Below are positions 37,309 through 46,616 of a DNA stretch of 57,056 nucleotides, one piece after another. The notes under the pieces were generated by a model. That model made no database searches, was not told the DNA's origin, and saw only the letters and a program-made list of their open reading frames with translations. Numbering within the stretch: position 1 is the stretch's first letter; each line of letters begins with the position of its first letter. Source of the stretch: Clostridiales bacterium UBA4706 (GTDB lineage Bacteria; Bacillota; Clostridia; Oscillospirales; Oscillospiraceae); the NCBI GenBank assembly GCA_002404605.1, contig DHKA01000080.1:1-57056 (forward strand), written 5' to 3'. The position numbers were made by a program, and so were the translations under genes.

Positions 37309-38688
37309 ATGAATAAAAGAAAAACAAAAAAGACCGTCCTCTGGGCGGCAACGGATATGGCGCTGTCCGTGGCGGCGATGGCGGCGGCGTTTTTTATCCG
37401 ATTTGTGCTCTTCCGGGGCGAAAACCCGGTCGGCGGCTTCGGGTATCATATGCTGTGGGCGGGGCTGTTCTCGCCGGTGTACGCCGTGCTTTTCGGTCTG
37501 CTCGGCGTTTATGAGCCGCAGCCGCAGCGCGGCTTCATCCACGAGTTAGGCAGCATCGTTCTCGGCTGCACGTTCGGCGTGATGCTGTACATCGATCTCA
37601 TCTTCGTGTTCCGCGTGGTGGACTTTTCGCGCTGGATGATCCTTCTCTGCTATCTGCTGCTCATCGCGTTCACCGGCGCGCGCGGCTTTATTGCGCACCG
37701 TCTGCTCCGCCGGCAGTACCGCGCCGGAAATGGGCTGCGCCGCCTTGTCATCATCGGCGAGGGGCCTGCGGCGCGCGAATGTCTGCGCCGCGTGAAGAAG
37801 GGACGCGACGCCGGGTGGACGGTCATCGGCAGCGTGGGCGCGTCGGCGCTCAGCGGCGTGCCGCATCTGGGGGAATACGATTCCCTGCGCACGGTGCTCG
37901 AGACGAATGTGCCGGACGAGGCGGTGATCGCCATGGAGGAAAACCAGGCGGAACGGCTCGGCGGGATACTGCGCGAATGCGAAGACACCGGCGTGAAGCT
38001 CGCGCTGCTGCCGATCGGGTATGAATATATGTCGCGCCACCCGTATGTGGAAGAGCTGTGCGGCCTGCCGCTGGTGAACGTCCGACGCGTGCCGCTCGAC
38101 AATGCCGGCGCGGACATCGTCAAGCGCCTTTTTGACATTCTCGCGAGTCTCCTGCTCATCGTGCTCACATCGCCCGTCATGCTCGTCGCCGCGATCGGCA
38201 CACGCCTTTCTTCTCCGGGACCGGTCTTGTTCCGACAGGAGCGCATCGGCAAGGATAAGAAGCCCTTTTATATGCTCAAATTCCGTTCCATGCGTGTGAA
38301 CGCGCAGTCGGACACCGCGTGGACACGCGACCATGATCCCCGCCGCACGGCGTGGGGGGCGTTCATGCGCCGGTACTCCATCGACGAGCTGCCGCAGCTC
38401 TTTAACGTCCTTGCGGGCGATATGTCGCTCGTCGGCCCGCGGCCGGAGATCCCGCGGTACGTCGATCACTTCAAATACAGCATTCCGCTTTATATGGTGC
38501 GCCACCAGGTGCGCCCCGGCATCACCGGCTGGGCGCAGGTCAACGGTCTGCGCGGCGATACCTCCATCCGTGCGCGGGTGGACTACGATCTCTATTATAT
38601 CGAAAACTGGTCGATGCTGTTTGACATCAAGATCCTGCTTATGACGCCGTTCAAGGGCGTGGTGAACCATCAGGAATCATTGAAATAG
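37309..38688 (+). CDS. polyprenyl-phosphate sugar phosphotransferase (EPS priming enzyme, WcaJ/EpsL-like)
   Basis: N-terminal TM bundle plus the bacterial sugar transferase domain (KRLFDI..., PGPVLFRQERIGK, MSLVGPRP). Confidence 0.9.
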   Translation: MNKRKTKKTVLWAATDMALSVAAMAAAFFIRFVLFRGENPVGGFGYHMLWAGLFSPVYAVLFGLLGVYEPQPQRGFIHELGSIVLGCTFGVMLYIDLIFVFRVVDFSRWMILLCYLLLIAFTGARGFIAHRLLRRQYRAGNGLRRLVIIGEGPAARECLRRVKKGRDAGWTVIGSVGASALSGVPHLGEYDSLRTVLETNVPDEAVIAMEENQAERLGGILRECEDTGVKLALLPIGYEYMSRHPYVEELCGLPLVNVRRVPLDNAGADIVKRLFDILASLLLIVLTSPVMLVAAIGTRLSSPGPVLFRQERIGKDKKPFYMLKFRSMRVNAQSDTAWTRDHDPRRTAWGAFMRRYSIDELPQLFNVLAGDMSLVGPRPEIPRYVDHFKYSIPLYMVRHQVRPGITGWAQVNGLRGDTSIRARVDYDLYYIENWSMLFDIKILLMTPFKGVVNHQESLK

Positions 38689-38699
38689 GAGAGAAACCC

Positions 38700-39260
38700 A
38701 TGGAAAAGAGAGAAAACGGCGTGCGTGTAGAGCACCTCACCGGCGCGCTGCCGATGAGCGAGATGCTGGAAAAGTATGTGGATGTGGAAAAATTCCTCGG
38801 CTGCTGCGCCGCGTGCCCGCGCTGCGGTCAGACGTGGTCGTGCCCGCCCTATGACTTTGACCCCGCGGCGGTCTGGCCGCAGTACGAAGCTCTTACGTTG
38901 TACGCTGTGCAGGTGTTCCCGGAGAGCGACGAGGCGAAAGCCGCGGCGCTCGCCGACCCCGAGATGTTCCTCCGCCCGTATCGGAGAGCATTTGACGTGC
39001 TGCTCGAAGAGCGGGAGCACGAAACGCCCCGTTCGATCCGGCTGGACGCGGGGCGCTGCCTCGTGTGCGAGCGGTGTGCGCGCCGGGACGGAAAGCCCTG
39101 CCGGTTTCCGGAAAAGCTCCGCTATTCGCTCGAATCGCTCGGCGCAAACGTCGGCGCGCTCGCCGCGGACAAGCTGGGCGCGCCGCTCCAATGGGGGACG
39201 AAGGACGCGCCGCCGGAATACTTCGTTCTGGTCGGCGCGGTGATGACGAAGGGAGAATAA
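38700..39260 (+). CDS. DUF2284 metal-binding protein
   Basis: CAACPRCGQTWSCPPY plus CLVCERC...C motifs are typical of DUF2284. Confidence 0.65.
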   Translation: MEKRENGVRVEHLTGALPMSEMLEKYVDVEKFLGCCAACPRCGQTWSCPPYDFDPAAVWPQYEALTLYAVQVFPESDEAKAAALADPEMFLRPYRRAFDVLLEEREHETPRSIRLDAGRCLVCERCARRDGKPCRFPEKLRYSLESLGANVGALAADKLGAPLQWGTKDAPPEYFVLVGAVMTKGE

Positions 39261-39263
39261 GGA

Positions 39264-39929
39264 ATGCTCGAAAGCCTTTTTCAAACCTACGATTCCGTCA
39301 TCGTGCTCGATACGGAGACGACCGGCGTGAACTGCAAGTCCGACGAGATCATCGAACTCGGCTTCCTGCGGCTCGACCGGAGCGGTGCGCGCACGGAGGA
39401 GGACTATCTCATCCGCCTCTCACCGGGGCGCCGTCTGCCGCCGGCCATCACGCAGCTCACCGGCATCCGCGAGGATGAGCTTTTTCAAAACGGCGTGGAA
39501 AAGGATGTGGCGGCGGAGGCGTTCGTCCGTTCGCTCGCCGGGGAGAAGCCGCTCGTGTGCGCGTACAACGCGCAGTTTGATCTGTGCTTCCTCTTTTACT
39601 TCCTGCACCGGCTCGGCTGCGCCGAGGTGTTGAAAAAAGCGCAGTTTCTCGATATCATGGCGATCTACAAGGATCGGCGGGACTATCCGCACAAGCTCTG
39701 CAACGCCGTAGAGAGCTATGGTGTCGATGGCGTGAACTCCCACCGCGCCGTGGACGACGCCAACGCTGCGCTCGAGGTGCTGCTCGCCATGGAGCGGGAG
39801 CGCGCCGATATCGAACGGTACATAAATCTTTTCGGCTACAATCCCAAATACGGCGTACCGAAGCCGAAGATCGGCTCCGTCCGCTATGAGCCGCAGCCGT
39901 ATCAGAGACAAAAGCTGCTGTACGAATAA
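39264..39929 (+). CDS. DnaQ-like 3'-5' exonuclease (DEDDh)
   Basis: Exo I VLDTETTG; Exo II YNAQFD; Exo III HRAVDDA. Confidence 0.8.
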   Translation: MLESLFQTYDSVIVLDTETTGVNCKSDEIIELGFLRLDRSGARTEEDYLIRLSPGRRLPPAITQLTGIREDELFQNGVEKDVAAEAFVRSLAGEKPLVCAYNAQFDLCFLFYFLHRLGCAEVLKKAQFLDIMAIYKDRRDYPHKLCNAVESYGVDGVNSHRAVDDANAALEVLLAMERERADIERYINLFGYNPKYGVPKPKIGSVRYEPQPYQRQKLLYE

Positions 39930-39936
39930 TGAAAAT

Positions 39937-39967
39937 GCACCCCCGCGGGATCTTCCCGCGGGGGTGC
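39937..39967. terminator. bidirectional terminator
   Basis: GCACCCCCGCGGGA / TCCCGCGGGGGTGC stem. Confidence 0.8.
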
Positions 39968-39988
39968 GCTGTATCTTCGGTATCCTTT

Positions 39989-40906
39989 TTATCCGAGTTT
40001 TGCAAAATCAAAGAGCTCCGCGAACGCCTCCAGATCTTCCTTCGTGACCGGCTCCGGCATGAAGAGACTGTTGCCCTCCGTGCCGCCGAGCAGATTGATC
40101 GCCACGAACGCCTTCGGCTGGTCGGACATCACGACGCAGCGGCTCGGGCCGAGCGAGAGCTGCACCTCGTCGCCGCGGGAGGTCGTGTAGATCCACTCCT
40201 CATAATCCTCGGCGTTGCCGATGTTCAGCGTGACTTCGGAGAACGCGCCCTTGACGTACCGGCCGAGCTGGTATTCATAGCTCTTGCCGGAAACGTTCGT
40301 GCCGTAGGCCTGGAACGAGCCGTCCTCGTAGAGATAGCCGCTCACAGCGGCGCAGTCGGTAAGGAAGGGCTCTGCTTCCAGCAGCGTGTAGAGCGTAGTT
40401 TCGCTGTCAAAGTCCGTCACGGACGTGTGCAGCCGCAGATTATACTTGCGGGTGATCTGGTCAAGCTCGTTGGCCATATCCTGCGTGGAGACGGAGTAAA
40501 GATCGTACTTTTCCGACAGACAGGCAGCCGTTTCCTTTGCCATGGCGGCGGTATCGTACGACGCGAGAAAGTCCATCCACTCGGCGTTTGCCTTGAACTC
40601 CGGGCTCTCGGGCACACCCTGCAGGGCGATGACGGTGCTGTCGCTCGCCGGTTCCGCCGTGGCGGAGACTGCGGCGGGGGAAGCGTTCGGGTCGGTGACG
40701 GTGAGACTCTTCAAACCGAAAAAGTCTGTGGCCAGCGCCGTGCCGCCGAGCACCGCGGCGAGCAGCGCCGCCGCGACGAGAGCACCCGTGCCGAACCGGA
40801 AGCGCCGCATCTTCGGCTTTTCCTCCAGCGCGGAAAGTGTTTCCTTCATCCGTGCCTCAAACGATGCGGGAACCTCTTCAAACATATTGTCCCAGGAATC
40901 CCTCAT
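39989..40906 (-). CDS. putative anti-sigma factor (single TM, extracytoplasmic domain)
   Basis: ATGA-coupled to the ECF sigma gene. Short cytoplasmic N-terminus, TM segment GALVAAALLAAVLGG, then about 230 aa outside. Confidence 0.5.
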   Translation of the reverse strand: MRDSWDNMFEEVPASFEARMKETLSALEEKPKMRRFRFGTGALVAAALLAAVLGGTALATDFFGLKSLTVTDPNASPAAVSATAEPASDSTVIALQGVPESPEFKANAEWMDFLASYDTAAMAKETAACLSEKYDLYSVSTQDMANELDQITRKYNLRLHTSVTDFDSETTLYTLLEAEPFLTDCAAVSGYLYEDGSFQAYGTNVSGKSYEYQLGRYVKGAFSEVTLNIGNAEDYEEWIYTTSRGDEVQLSLGPSRCVVMSDQPKAFVAINLLGGTEGNSLFMPEPVTKEDLEAFAELFDFAKLG

Positions 40907-41373
40907 ACCGGCACCTCCTCACCTAAAACATCGCGGAGCTTTCCGCGCCCGGCAAACAGCCGGGATTTGACCGTACCCTCGGGGATCTGCAAAATACGGG
41001 ATATCTCCCGTATGCTGAAACCCTCTACATAAAATAAGAGGATCGGCATGCGGTAGATCTCATCCAAACCCATCACGGCGTCGCGCAGCTCGCGGTCGCC
41101 GCTCTCGGGGGCGACCGCCTCCGGCATCTCGTCGAGCAGAACGATCTTGCTCCCCCGACGGCAGATGTCGTAGCATTCATTGATGAGAATGCGCGTCACC
41201 CATGCGCGGAACGCGCCCTCGCTTTTGAGCGAATCACGCTTTTCCCACGCTTTGCATATACACTCCTGCACCGCGTCCTCTCGGTCGGCCTCGCTGCGGA
41301 GAATGCCGCAGGAAACGTGGTAGAGCGTTTTTTTCATGTCCATGATCTGGACGGTAAACTCTTCGGCTGTCAT
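40903..41373 (-). CDS. ECF-type RNA polymerase sigma-70 factor
   Basis: Region 2 (DREDAVQECICKAW...FRAWVTRILINECYD) and region 4 (EISRILQIPEGTVKSRL). Confidence 0.85.
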   Translation of the reverse strand: MTAEEFTVQIMDMKKTLYHVSCGILRSEADREDAVQECICKAWEKRDSLKSEGAFRAWVTRILINECYDICRRGSKIVLLDEMPEAVAPESGDRELRDAVMGLDEIYRMPILLFYVEGFSIREISRILQIPEGTVKSRLFAGRGKLRDVLGEEVPV

Positions 41374-41603
41374 ACGCAAACTCTCTCTGAGAGGCTTTAT
41401 GCCTTTCTGTAAAGAAAGACGGAATTTTCCAACACACGGTTCAGTAATAGGCAAAAAAATTTTAAGATTTTTTGAACATTTTCATGTTACCACATTCTCC
41501 GCGCGGAATCCACCAGAAATTTTTAAAAAGGGGCTTGACAAAACCGTATGAGTATAGTAGTGTACTAATCGCTTAATACAGCAATACAGAAAGGAGGGCT
41601 GGC

Positions 41604-41975
41604 ATGGACTTTGCGATTCAAGGCTCGCGGCCGATCTGGCAGCAGCTCACCGAGCAGCTGGCGCGGCGGATCATCACGGGCGCGTATCCGCTCGGGTCGC
41701 GGTTTCCGGCGGTGCGGGAGCTGGCGGCGGAGGCGGGCGTCAACCCGAACACGATGCAGCGCGCGATCACGCAGCTTGAAACGCTCGGCCTCGTCACAAC
41801 GAACCGGACGCTTGGCCGCACCGTGACGGAAAACGCCGAGGCGCTCGAGGAGATGCGGCGGCGGCTGGCCGTGGAGTGTACGGAAAACTTTTTCAAGGAA
41901 ATGGGAGCGCTGGGCTATTCCCGCGGCGAGGCTGCGGACATGGCGCAGGCGGAAAGGGAAAAGAATGATGAATGA
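41604..41975 (+). CDS. GntR (YtrA-subfamily) transcriptional regulator
   Basis: [17 protein letters not shown]...[21 protein letters not shown]. Short about 120-aa YtrA-like form. Confidence 0.85.
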   Translation: MDFAIQGSRPIWQQLTEQLARRIITGAYPLGSRFPAVRELAAEAGVNPNTMQRAITQLETLGLVTTNRTLGRTVTENAEALEEMRRRLAVECTENFFKEMGALGYSRGEAADMAQAEREKNDE

Positions 41976-42705
41976 AGAACTGGTAAAATGCACCGGGTTG
42001 TGCCGGAGCTTTGAAGCGGTGCAGGCGCTGCGCGGCGTTGATCTGAGCCTTACATCCGGCAAGATCGTCGGCCTTCTCGGGCCGAACGGCTCGGGTAAAA
42101 CGACGCTTATTAAGATCCTCAACGGCCTTCTTCAGCCGACGGCGGGTGAGGCGCGCGTTGCGGGCTTCCTGCCCGGCGTGGAGACGAAGGCGATCACGAG
42201 CTACCTGCCCGACCGGGGCTATTTCCCCGACTGGATGCGCGTCAGCGATATGATCGATATGTTCTCGGACTTCTATGCCGACTTTGACCGCACCAAGGCG
42301 GAGGAAATGTGCCGCGTGCTCGGTCTGGAAGCGGACGGCAAGATCAAAACGCTCTCGAAAGGCACGCGCGAAAAGATGCAGCTCATGCTCGTCATGTCCC
42401 GCCGCGCGCGGCTCTATCTGCTCGACGAGCCGATCGCGGGCGTCGATCCGGCGGCGCGCGAGTTTATTCTGCGCACGATCCTAACGAATTATAACGAAAA
42501 CGGTACGGTGCTCATTTCGACGCACCTGATCCTCGATGTGGAGCAGGTGCTCGACGAGGCGGTGTTCCTCCAGCAGGGACAGGTCGTTCTGCACGAGAGC
42601 ACCGACAGCATCCGCGAGCGCACCGGCGGCAGCGTGGATGAGCTGTTCCGCAACATGTTCCGCGCTCCGGTCATGGGGAATGGAGGGGAATACAATGCTC
42701 GGTAA
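41965..42705 (+). CDS. ABC transporter ATP-binding protein
   Basis: Walker [10 protein letters not shown]; signature LSKGTREKM; Walker B LYLLDEP. Confidence 0.9.
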   Translation: MMNEELVKCTGLCRSFEAVQALRGVDLSLTSGKIVGLLGPNGSGKTTLIKILNGLLQPTAGEARVAGFLPGVETKAITSYLPDRGYFPDWMRVSDMIDMFSDFYADFDRTKAEEMCRVLGLEADGKIKTLSKGTREKMQLMLVMSRRARLYLLDEPIAGVDPAAREFILRTILTNYNENGTVLISTHLILDVEQVLDEAVFLQQGQVVLHESTDSIRERTGGSVDELFRNMFRAPVMGNGGEYNAR

Positions 42706-43549
42706 ACTGATGAAATACGATCTGCGCTCCGGTATCCGCACGTTTTCGCTGATCTGGATCGGCCTGGCGCTGCTCGGCGCGATCAACGGCCTTACGATCC
42801 GCTTCGTGCTCGCGGGTGATACTCAGAGTGGGCTTGTGAGCTTTGTTTTCGGTGTCCTGCCGATGATCCTTCTCGTGGCGCTCTATGTGGCAATGGGCAT
42901 TTTTGTCCTCGTTTTTATCATCGACCGGTTTTATAAGGGACTTCTCGGCAACGAGGGCTATCTCATGTTCACGCTGCCCGTGACAAGCGCGGCGCACATC
43001 GCCTCCAAAGCGCTCACAAGCATGATCTTCTCTGTGGCGAGCGCCATTGTCGCGCTGCTGAGCGGCGTCCTTTTGATGGCGGTGCTCGCACCGCTCAACT
43101 TTGGCGACGTTGCGCAGGCGCTCCAGGAGATGAGCCGCTATCTGCGCGTCAATCCGCTGCCCGCCGGGACAGGCTGGGTCGTTGCGGAGTTCATCGTGTA
43201 CACGCTCATCGCGGCGGCGGTTTCGATCCTGCAAATTTACACCGCCATCTCGATCGGTCATCTCGGCAAGAAGAACCGCGGCTGGCTCGCACTGCTGGCC
43301 TACATCGGCATCAGCATCGCGGTGAGCGTTCTCACAAGAGCGTGTATGTCGGTATTCTTCCCGTCCGGCTCCTTCGCCGAGATGCTTCTCGGCTGGCAGG
43401 TCACGGTGGACAGCACCGGCTGGCGCACGCAGGGCGTCGGCATGACAGCCTCCACGCTCGGCATCGGCATCGGTCTGGAGCTTCTCAAGGGCACGGGCTT
43501 CTTCTTCGCCACCCGCGCCATTCTCGATAAACGACTCAATCTCGAATAA
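42685..43549 (+). CDS. ABC-associated polytopic membrane protein (permease candidate)
   Basis: ATG 42685 ([13 protein letters not shown]...) overlaps the ATPase 3' end. Six or more TM segments. Typical third gene of a YtrA-type module. Confidence 0.6.
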
Positions 43550-43558
43550 GAAAACGAT

Positions 43559-43585
43559 CCCGCCCGGAAAATATCCGGGCGGGAA
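43559..43585 (+). terminator. intrinsic terminator
   Basis: TCCCGCCCGG-aaaatat-CCGGGCGGGA followed by AATTTTAT. Confidence 0.7.
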
Positions 43586-43695
43586 ATTTTATGCGCGGAA
43601 GAACAGAAAATATCGAAATGCCCGTTGTATTCCGATAGGATGGATGATATATTTTATATATCCGACAAACTTTGCGGGATTGTGAGGAGAGAAGT

Positions 43696-44631
43696 ATGTG
43701 GAAATGTCCGTTTTGCGGAAGCGATAACCTGGACGACGGCAAATTCTGCGCCGGCTGCGGGAGCCGGAGACCCGCCGAAGCTCCGCGGCCCGGCGCGGGC
43801 GCACCATCGGGAACGGCTTCCGGTCAGTCCGGCGCGGCGTATGCGCCGCCGCAGCAAACCCCTCCGGCGAAAAATGATACGGTCAAAAAGATCGTGATCA
43901 TCGCGGCGGCGGTCATTGCGCTGGTGACGATCGTTGTGTTCTTCGTCCACAGCTGGAAACCGGCGACGTGCGTGAGACCGGCGACCTGTTCCATCTGCGG
44001 AAAGACGCAAGGCGCGGCGCTCGGTCATAAATGGACGGCGGCTACCTGTACCGAGCCGGAGACGTGTTCCCGCTGCGGCGAGACGGACGGCGCGGCGCTC
44101 GGCCACAAATGGCGGGACGCCACCTGCACCGAGCCGAAAACGTGCCGCCGCTGCGGTGCGACGGAAGGCCGCGCGGCCGGACACACATGGGCAGACGCCA
44201 CCTACGACGCGCCGAAAACATGCCTTGTATGCGGCGAGCAGGCGGGGCTGCCGCGGGGGTTCATCGGCGAGCTTTACGGCACGTGGAGCGACGTTTCCCT
44301 CTCGCTGGACAATCAGACCTGTTACCCATTCGTGCTTTCCACGCCGGTCAAAGACTGCTTCCGGCTGAAAATGGATCTGAAGCTGGAGGATATTCAAGGC
44401 AGCCCCTACGGGGCATGGAACCTCTACATCCGCGATCTGAACGGGAACTGGACGAAAGCGAAACAGTTTACGGTCGATAAAAGCGCGGACGGTCAATTCG
44501 TTACCTACGAATTTGAATTCAGCACGCCGAAGTCCTTCACGGCGATCGTACCGATGGTGGACAAAAACAGCGTATACTTCCAGATGCTCTATTACGTCGA
44601 TTTCTACGACGTACAGGTGCTCGAAGAATGA
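43696..44631 (+). CDS. zinc-ribbon membrane protein with four tandem 26-aa Cys repeats and a C-terminal beta-rich domain
   Basis: MWKCPFCGS...CAGCG zinc ribbon, Pro-rich linker, one TM. Four repeats of H.W..ATC..P.TC..CG...G...G at 43948-44259. Confidence 0.7.
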   Translation: MWKCPFCGSDNLDDGKFCAGCGSRRPAEAPRPGAGAPSGTASGQSGAAYAPPQQTPPAKNDTVKKIVIIAAAVIALVTIVVFFVHSWKPATCVRPATCSICGKTQGAALGHKWTAATCTEPETCSRCGETDGAALGHKWRDATCTEPKTCRRCGATEGRAAGHTWADATYDAPKTCLVCGEQAGLPRGFIGELYGTWSDVSLSLDNQTCYPFVLSTPVKDCFRLKMDLKLEDIQGSPYGAWNLYIRDLNGNWTKAKQFTVDKSADGQFVTYEFEFSTPKSFTAIVPMVDKNSVYFQMLYYVDFYDVQVLEE

Positions 44632-44634
44632 CAT

Positions 44635-44683
44635 AAAAAACCCAACCCCGCCGGAACCAAACATCCGGCGGGGTTGGGTTTTT
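44635..44683. terminator. bidirectional terminator
   Basis: AAAAACCCAACCCCGCCGGA / TCCGGCGGGGTTGGGTTTTT. Confidence 0.85.
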
Positions 44684-44701
44684 GTATCTGTTTTTAGCTT
44701 G

Positions 44702-45160
44702 TTAGCCCATGAACAGGCTGCGTCCCTCGCGGGCGAGCGTTTCGGCGGCGGCGTTGTCGCGCATGGCGAGAAACACCGTGTCGTTGCCGGAAAGCGAGCC
44801 GACGAGCCCAGGCAAGGGGGCGATGCCGTCAATGGCGGTACACACCGCGGGGGCGAGCCCTGGCAGCGTTTTGATGATGACGAGATTCTGGCAGGCATAA
44901 ACGCCCGTCACGGTCTGGCGGAGATTTTCCTTGAGCCGCTGGCTCATCCCCTGCGTGGGAGCACTCTCCGCCACGGCGTACCGGCTGCTGCCGTCTGCGC
45001 CGCGCTGCTTGATGAGGCGAAGCTCCCGGATATCGCGCGAGAGTGTGGCCTGCGTTGCCGTGATGCCGCATTTTTTCAACTCGTCCATAAGCTGATTCTG
45101 CGTTTCGATGCTCTGCTCCGAAACGATTCGGAGAATGGTGCCCTGTCTTCCGGATTTCAT
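44702..45160 (-). CDS. argR: arginine repressor ArgR/AhrC
   Basis: RQGTILRIVSEQSIETQNQLMDELKKCGITATQATLSRDIREL plus the C-terminal GNDTVF oligomerisation motif. Start ATG 45160 overlaps the araC stop as ATGA. Confidence 0.9.
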   Translation of the reverse strand: MKSGRQGTILRIVSEQSIETQNQLMDELKKCGITATQATLSRDIRELRLIKQRGADGSSRYAVAESAPTQGMSQRLKENLRQTVTGVYACQNLVIIKTLPGLAPAVCTAIDGIAPLPGLVGSLSGNDTVFLAMRDNAAAETLAREGRSLFMG

Positions 45161-46506
45161 TCTGTCGTCTCCTTTGCGGTTTCCGGCGCCCGGACGGGCA
45201 CCGTGCGGCGACGCGCGCCGCGGCCCTTGCCGTGTGCTTCGCTGCCGTCTGTGCGCTGTAACGTTATGCGGTCGCGGAACTCCGTCGGCGTCATTTCCTT
45301 GAAGCGGTAGAAATTCATGTTGAACGTTTTGATGTTGCTGTAGCCGACGGCGACGGCAACGTCGATCACGAGATAGTCCGTGGATACGAGCATTTCGCAC
45401 GCCTTGTTGATGCGTGTGGAGTTGAGCAGCGTATCGAAATTCATCTCGTTATAATAGAGAAGCAGACGGTTCATTTCCGGCACCGACACGCCGAATTCGG
45501 CGGCGACGCTCGCGGCGGTGAGCCGTTCGGTCTCGTAATTTTTGTAGATATAGTCCGTCAGCGCAAAGGCGATCGCCTTGTCGGAGATGTTGTACTTGGT
45601 GACGGCTTTGGAGTAGATCTTTCGGTACTGCATCGGCGTGATGCCGACGCGCTGGGCAAAGTGCTTGGACACGTGCGAGGCGTCCACGAAGCCGCAGAGC
45701 CCCGCGATCTCGTCGAGCGTGAGATCGGTATAGATGAGATAGTCCGACGCTTTCTCTACGCGGATGCTGCTCAGGAGCTTGGAAAACGTCGTGCCGGTCA
45801 TGCCGGCGATCTGCTTGGAGAGCGCCGATTCCGAAAGGAAAAACGCCTCCGCGACCTGTGAGAGCGTGAGCTTTTCCGCGGAATGGGCATAAATGTAGCT
45901 CAAAACGGACTGGTCCTTGACGGTCTCCTCCCGTCCGGAGTCCAGCTCGCCGCGGTGCGACATGATGTACCGGCGGTAAACGATCATCAGCTCAATGAGC
46001 TTATTGACCGTATAGAGCTGCGAAAACGGCTTGTCCGGCGGCTTGACACGTGTGGATTCCACGCCGAGCTCCACCTTGAGATCTTCCATGATGCCGTCCA
46101 CATACTCCGCCTGTACGCTGTCGAGATACGCGACCGGCTCCACGGTGAGAAAGCGCAGAGGCTCGGCGGAAACGTCGCCCGCGCCGAGGACGCCCTTGAA
46201 TACGGAGTTGAGATAGGAATAGTCGTAAATGACCTTGATGAACTGGAGCGTTTCCGTCACTTCCACCGTGTCGGTGATCTTCCACGGCGTGATAGCAACG
46301 AGCGTGTTGGGCTGGAGGACGTACTCCTCGCCGTCGATGACGAGCTTGCCGCGACCGCGCTTTACGTAAAGGAAGCGCGCCGCCTGATGGATGATCGCGC
46401 GGGTGGGTTTGTCGATCGCCTCGTAATCGAACGAGCAGATCACGGCGGGGTCGGACGCGGAGGCGCGGGCGTCCTGGAGCATGGCGCGTCTGGGCATGGT
46501 CTGCAC
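45157..46506 (-). CDS. AraC-family regulator with cupin sensor domain and two tandem AraC-type DNA-binding domains
   Basis: N-terminal cupin (LYVKRGRGKLVIDGEEY). HTH domain 1 (LTLSQVAEAFFLSESALSKQ...ITPMQYRK). HTH domain 2 (LTAASVAAEFGVSVPEMNR...MTPTEFRD). Confidence 0.8.
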   Translation of the reverse strand: MQTMPRRAMLQDARASASDPAVICSFDYEAIDKPTRAIIHQAARFLYVKRGRGKLVIDGEEYVLQPNTLVAITPWKITDTVEVTETLQFIKVIYDYSYLNSVFKGVLGAGDVSAEPLRFLTVEPVAYLDSVQAEYVDGIMEDLKVELGVESTRVKPPDKPFSQLYTVNKLIELMIVYRRYIMSHRGELDSGREETVKDQSVLSYIYAHSAEKLTLSQVAEAFFLSESALSKQIAGMTGTTFSKLLSSIRVEKASDYLIYTDLTLDEIAGLCGFVDASHVSKHFAQRVGITPMQYRKIYSKAVTKYNISDKAIAFALTDYIYKNYETERLTAASVAAEFGVSVPEMNRLLLYYNEMNFDTLLNSTRINKACEMLVSTDYLVIDVAVAVGYSNIKTFNMNFYRFKEMTPTEFRDRITLQRTDGSEAHGKGRGARRRTVPVRAPETAKETTE

Positions 46507-46548
46507 CGTCCTTTTCCGAAAAAATGGGGGCCGCGGGCAATCTAATAA

Positions 46549-46583
46549 TACCGGATGTGCGCATTGCGCACACCCGGTATTTT
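46549..46583 (-). terminator. hairpin downstream of arcD (weak T-tract)
   Basis: AATACCGG..GTGCGCA-t-TGCGCAC..CCGGTATT long stem. Minus-strand tail is ATTATTAG. Confidence 0.5.
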
Positions 46584-46616
46584 ACCATTAAATCAGGCGA
46601 TAACTCAAGCGGAAAT

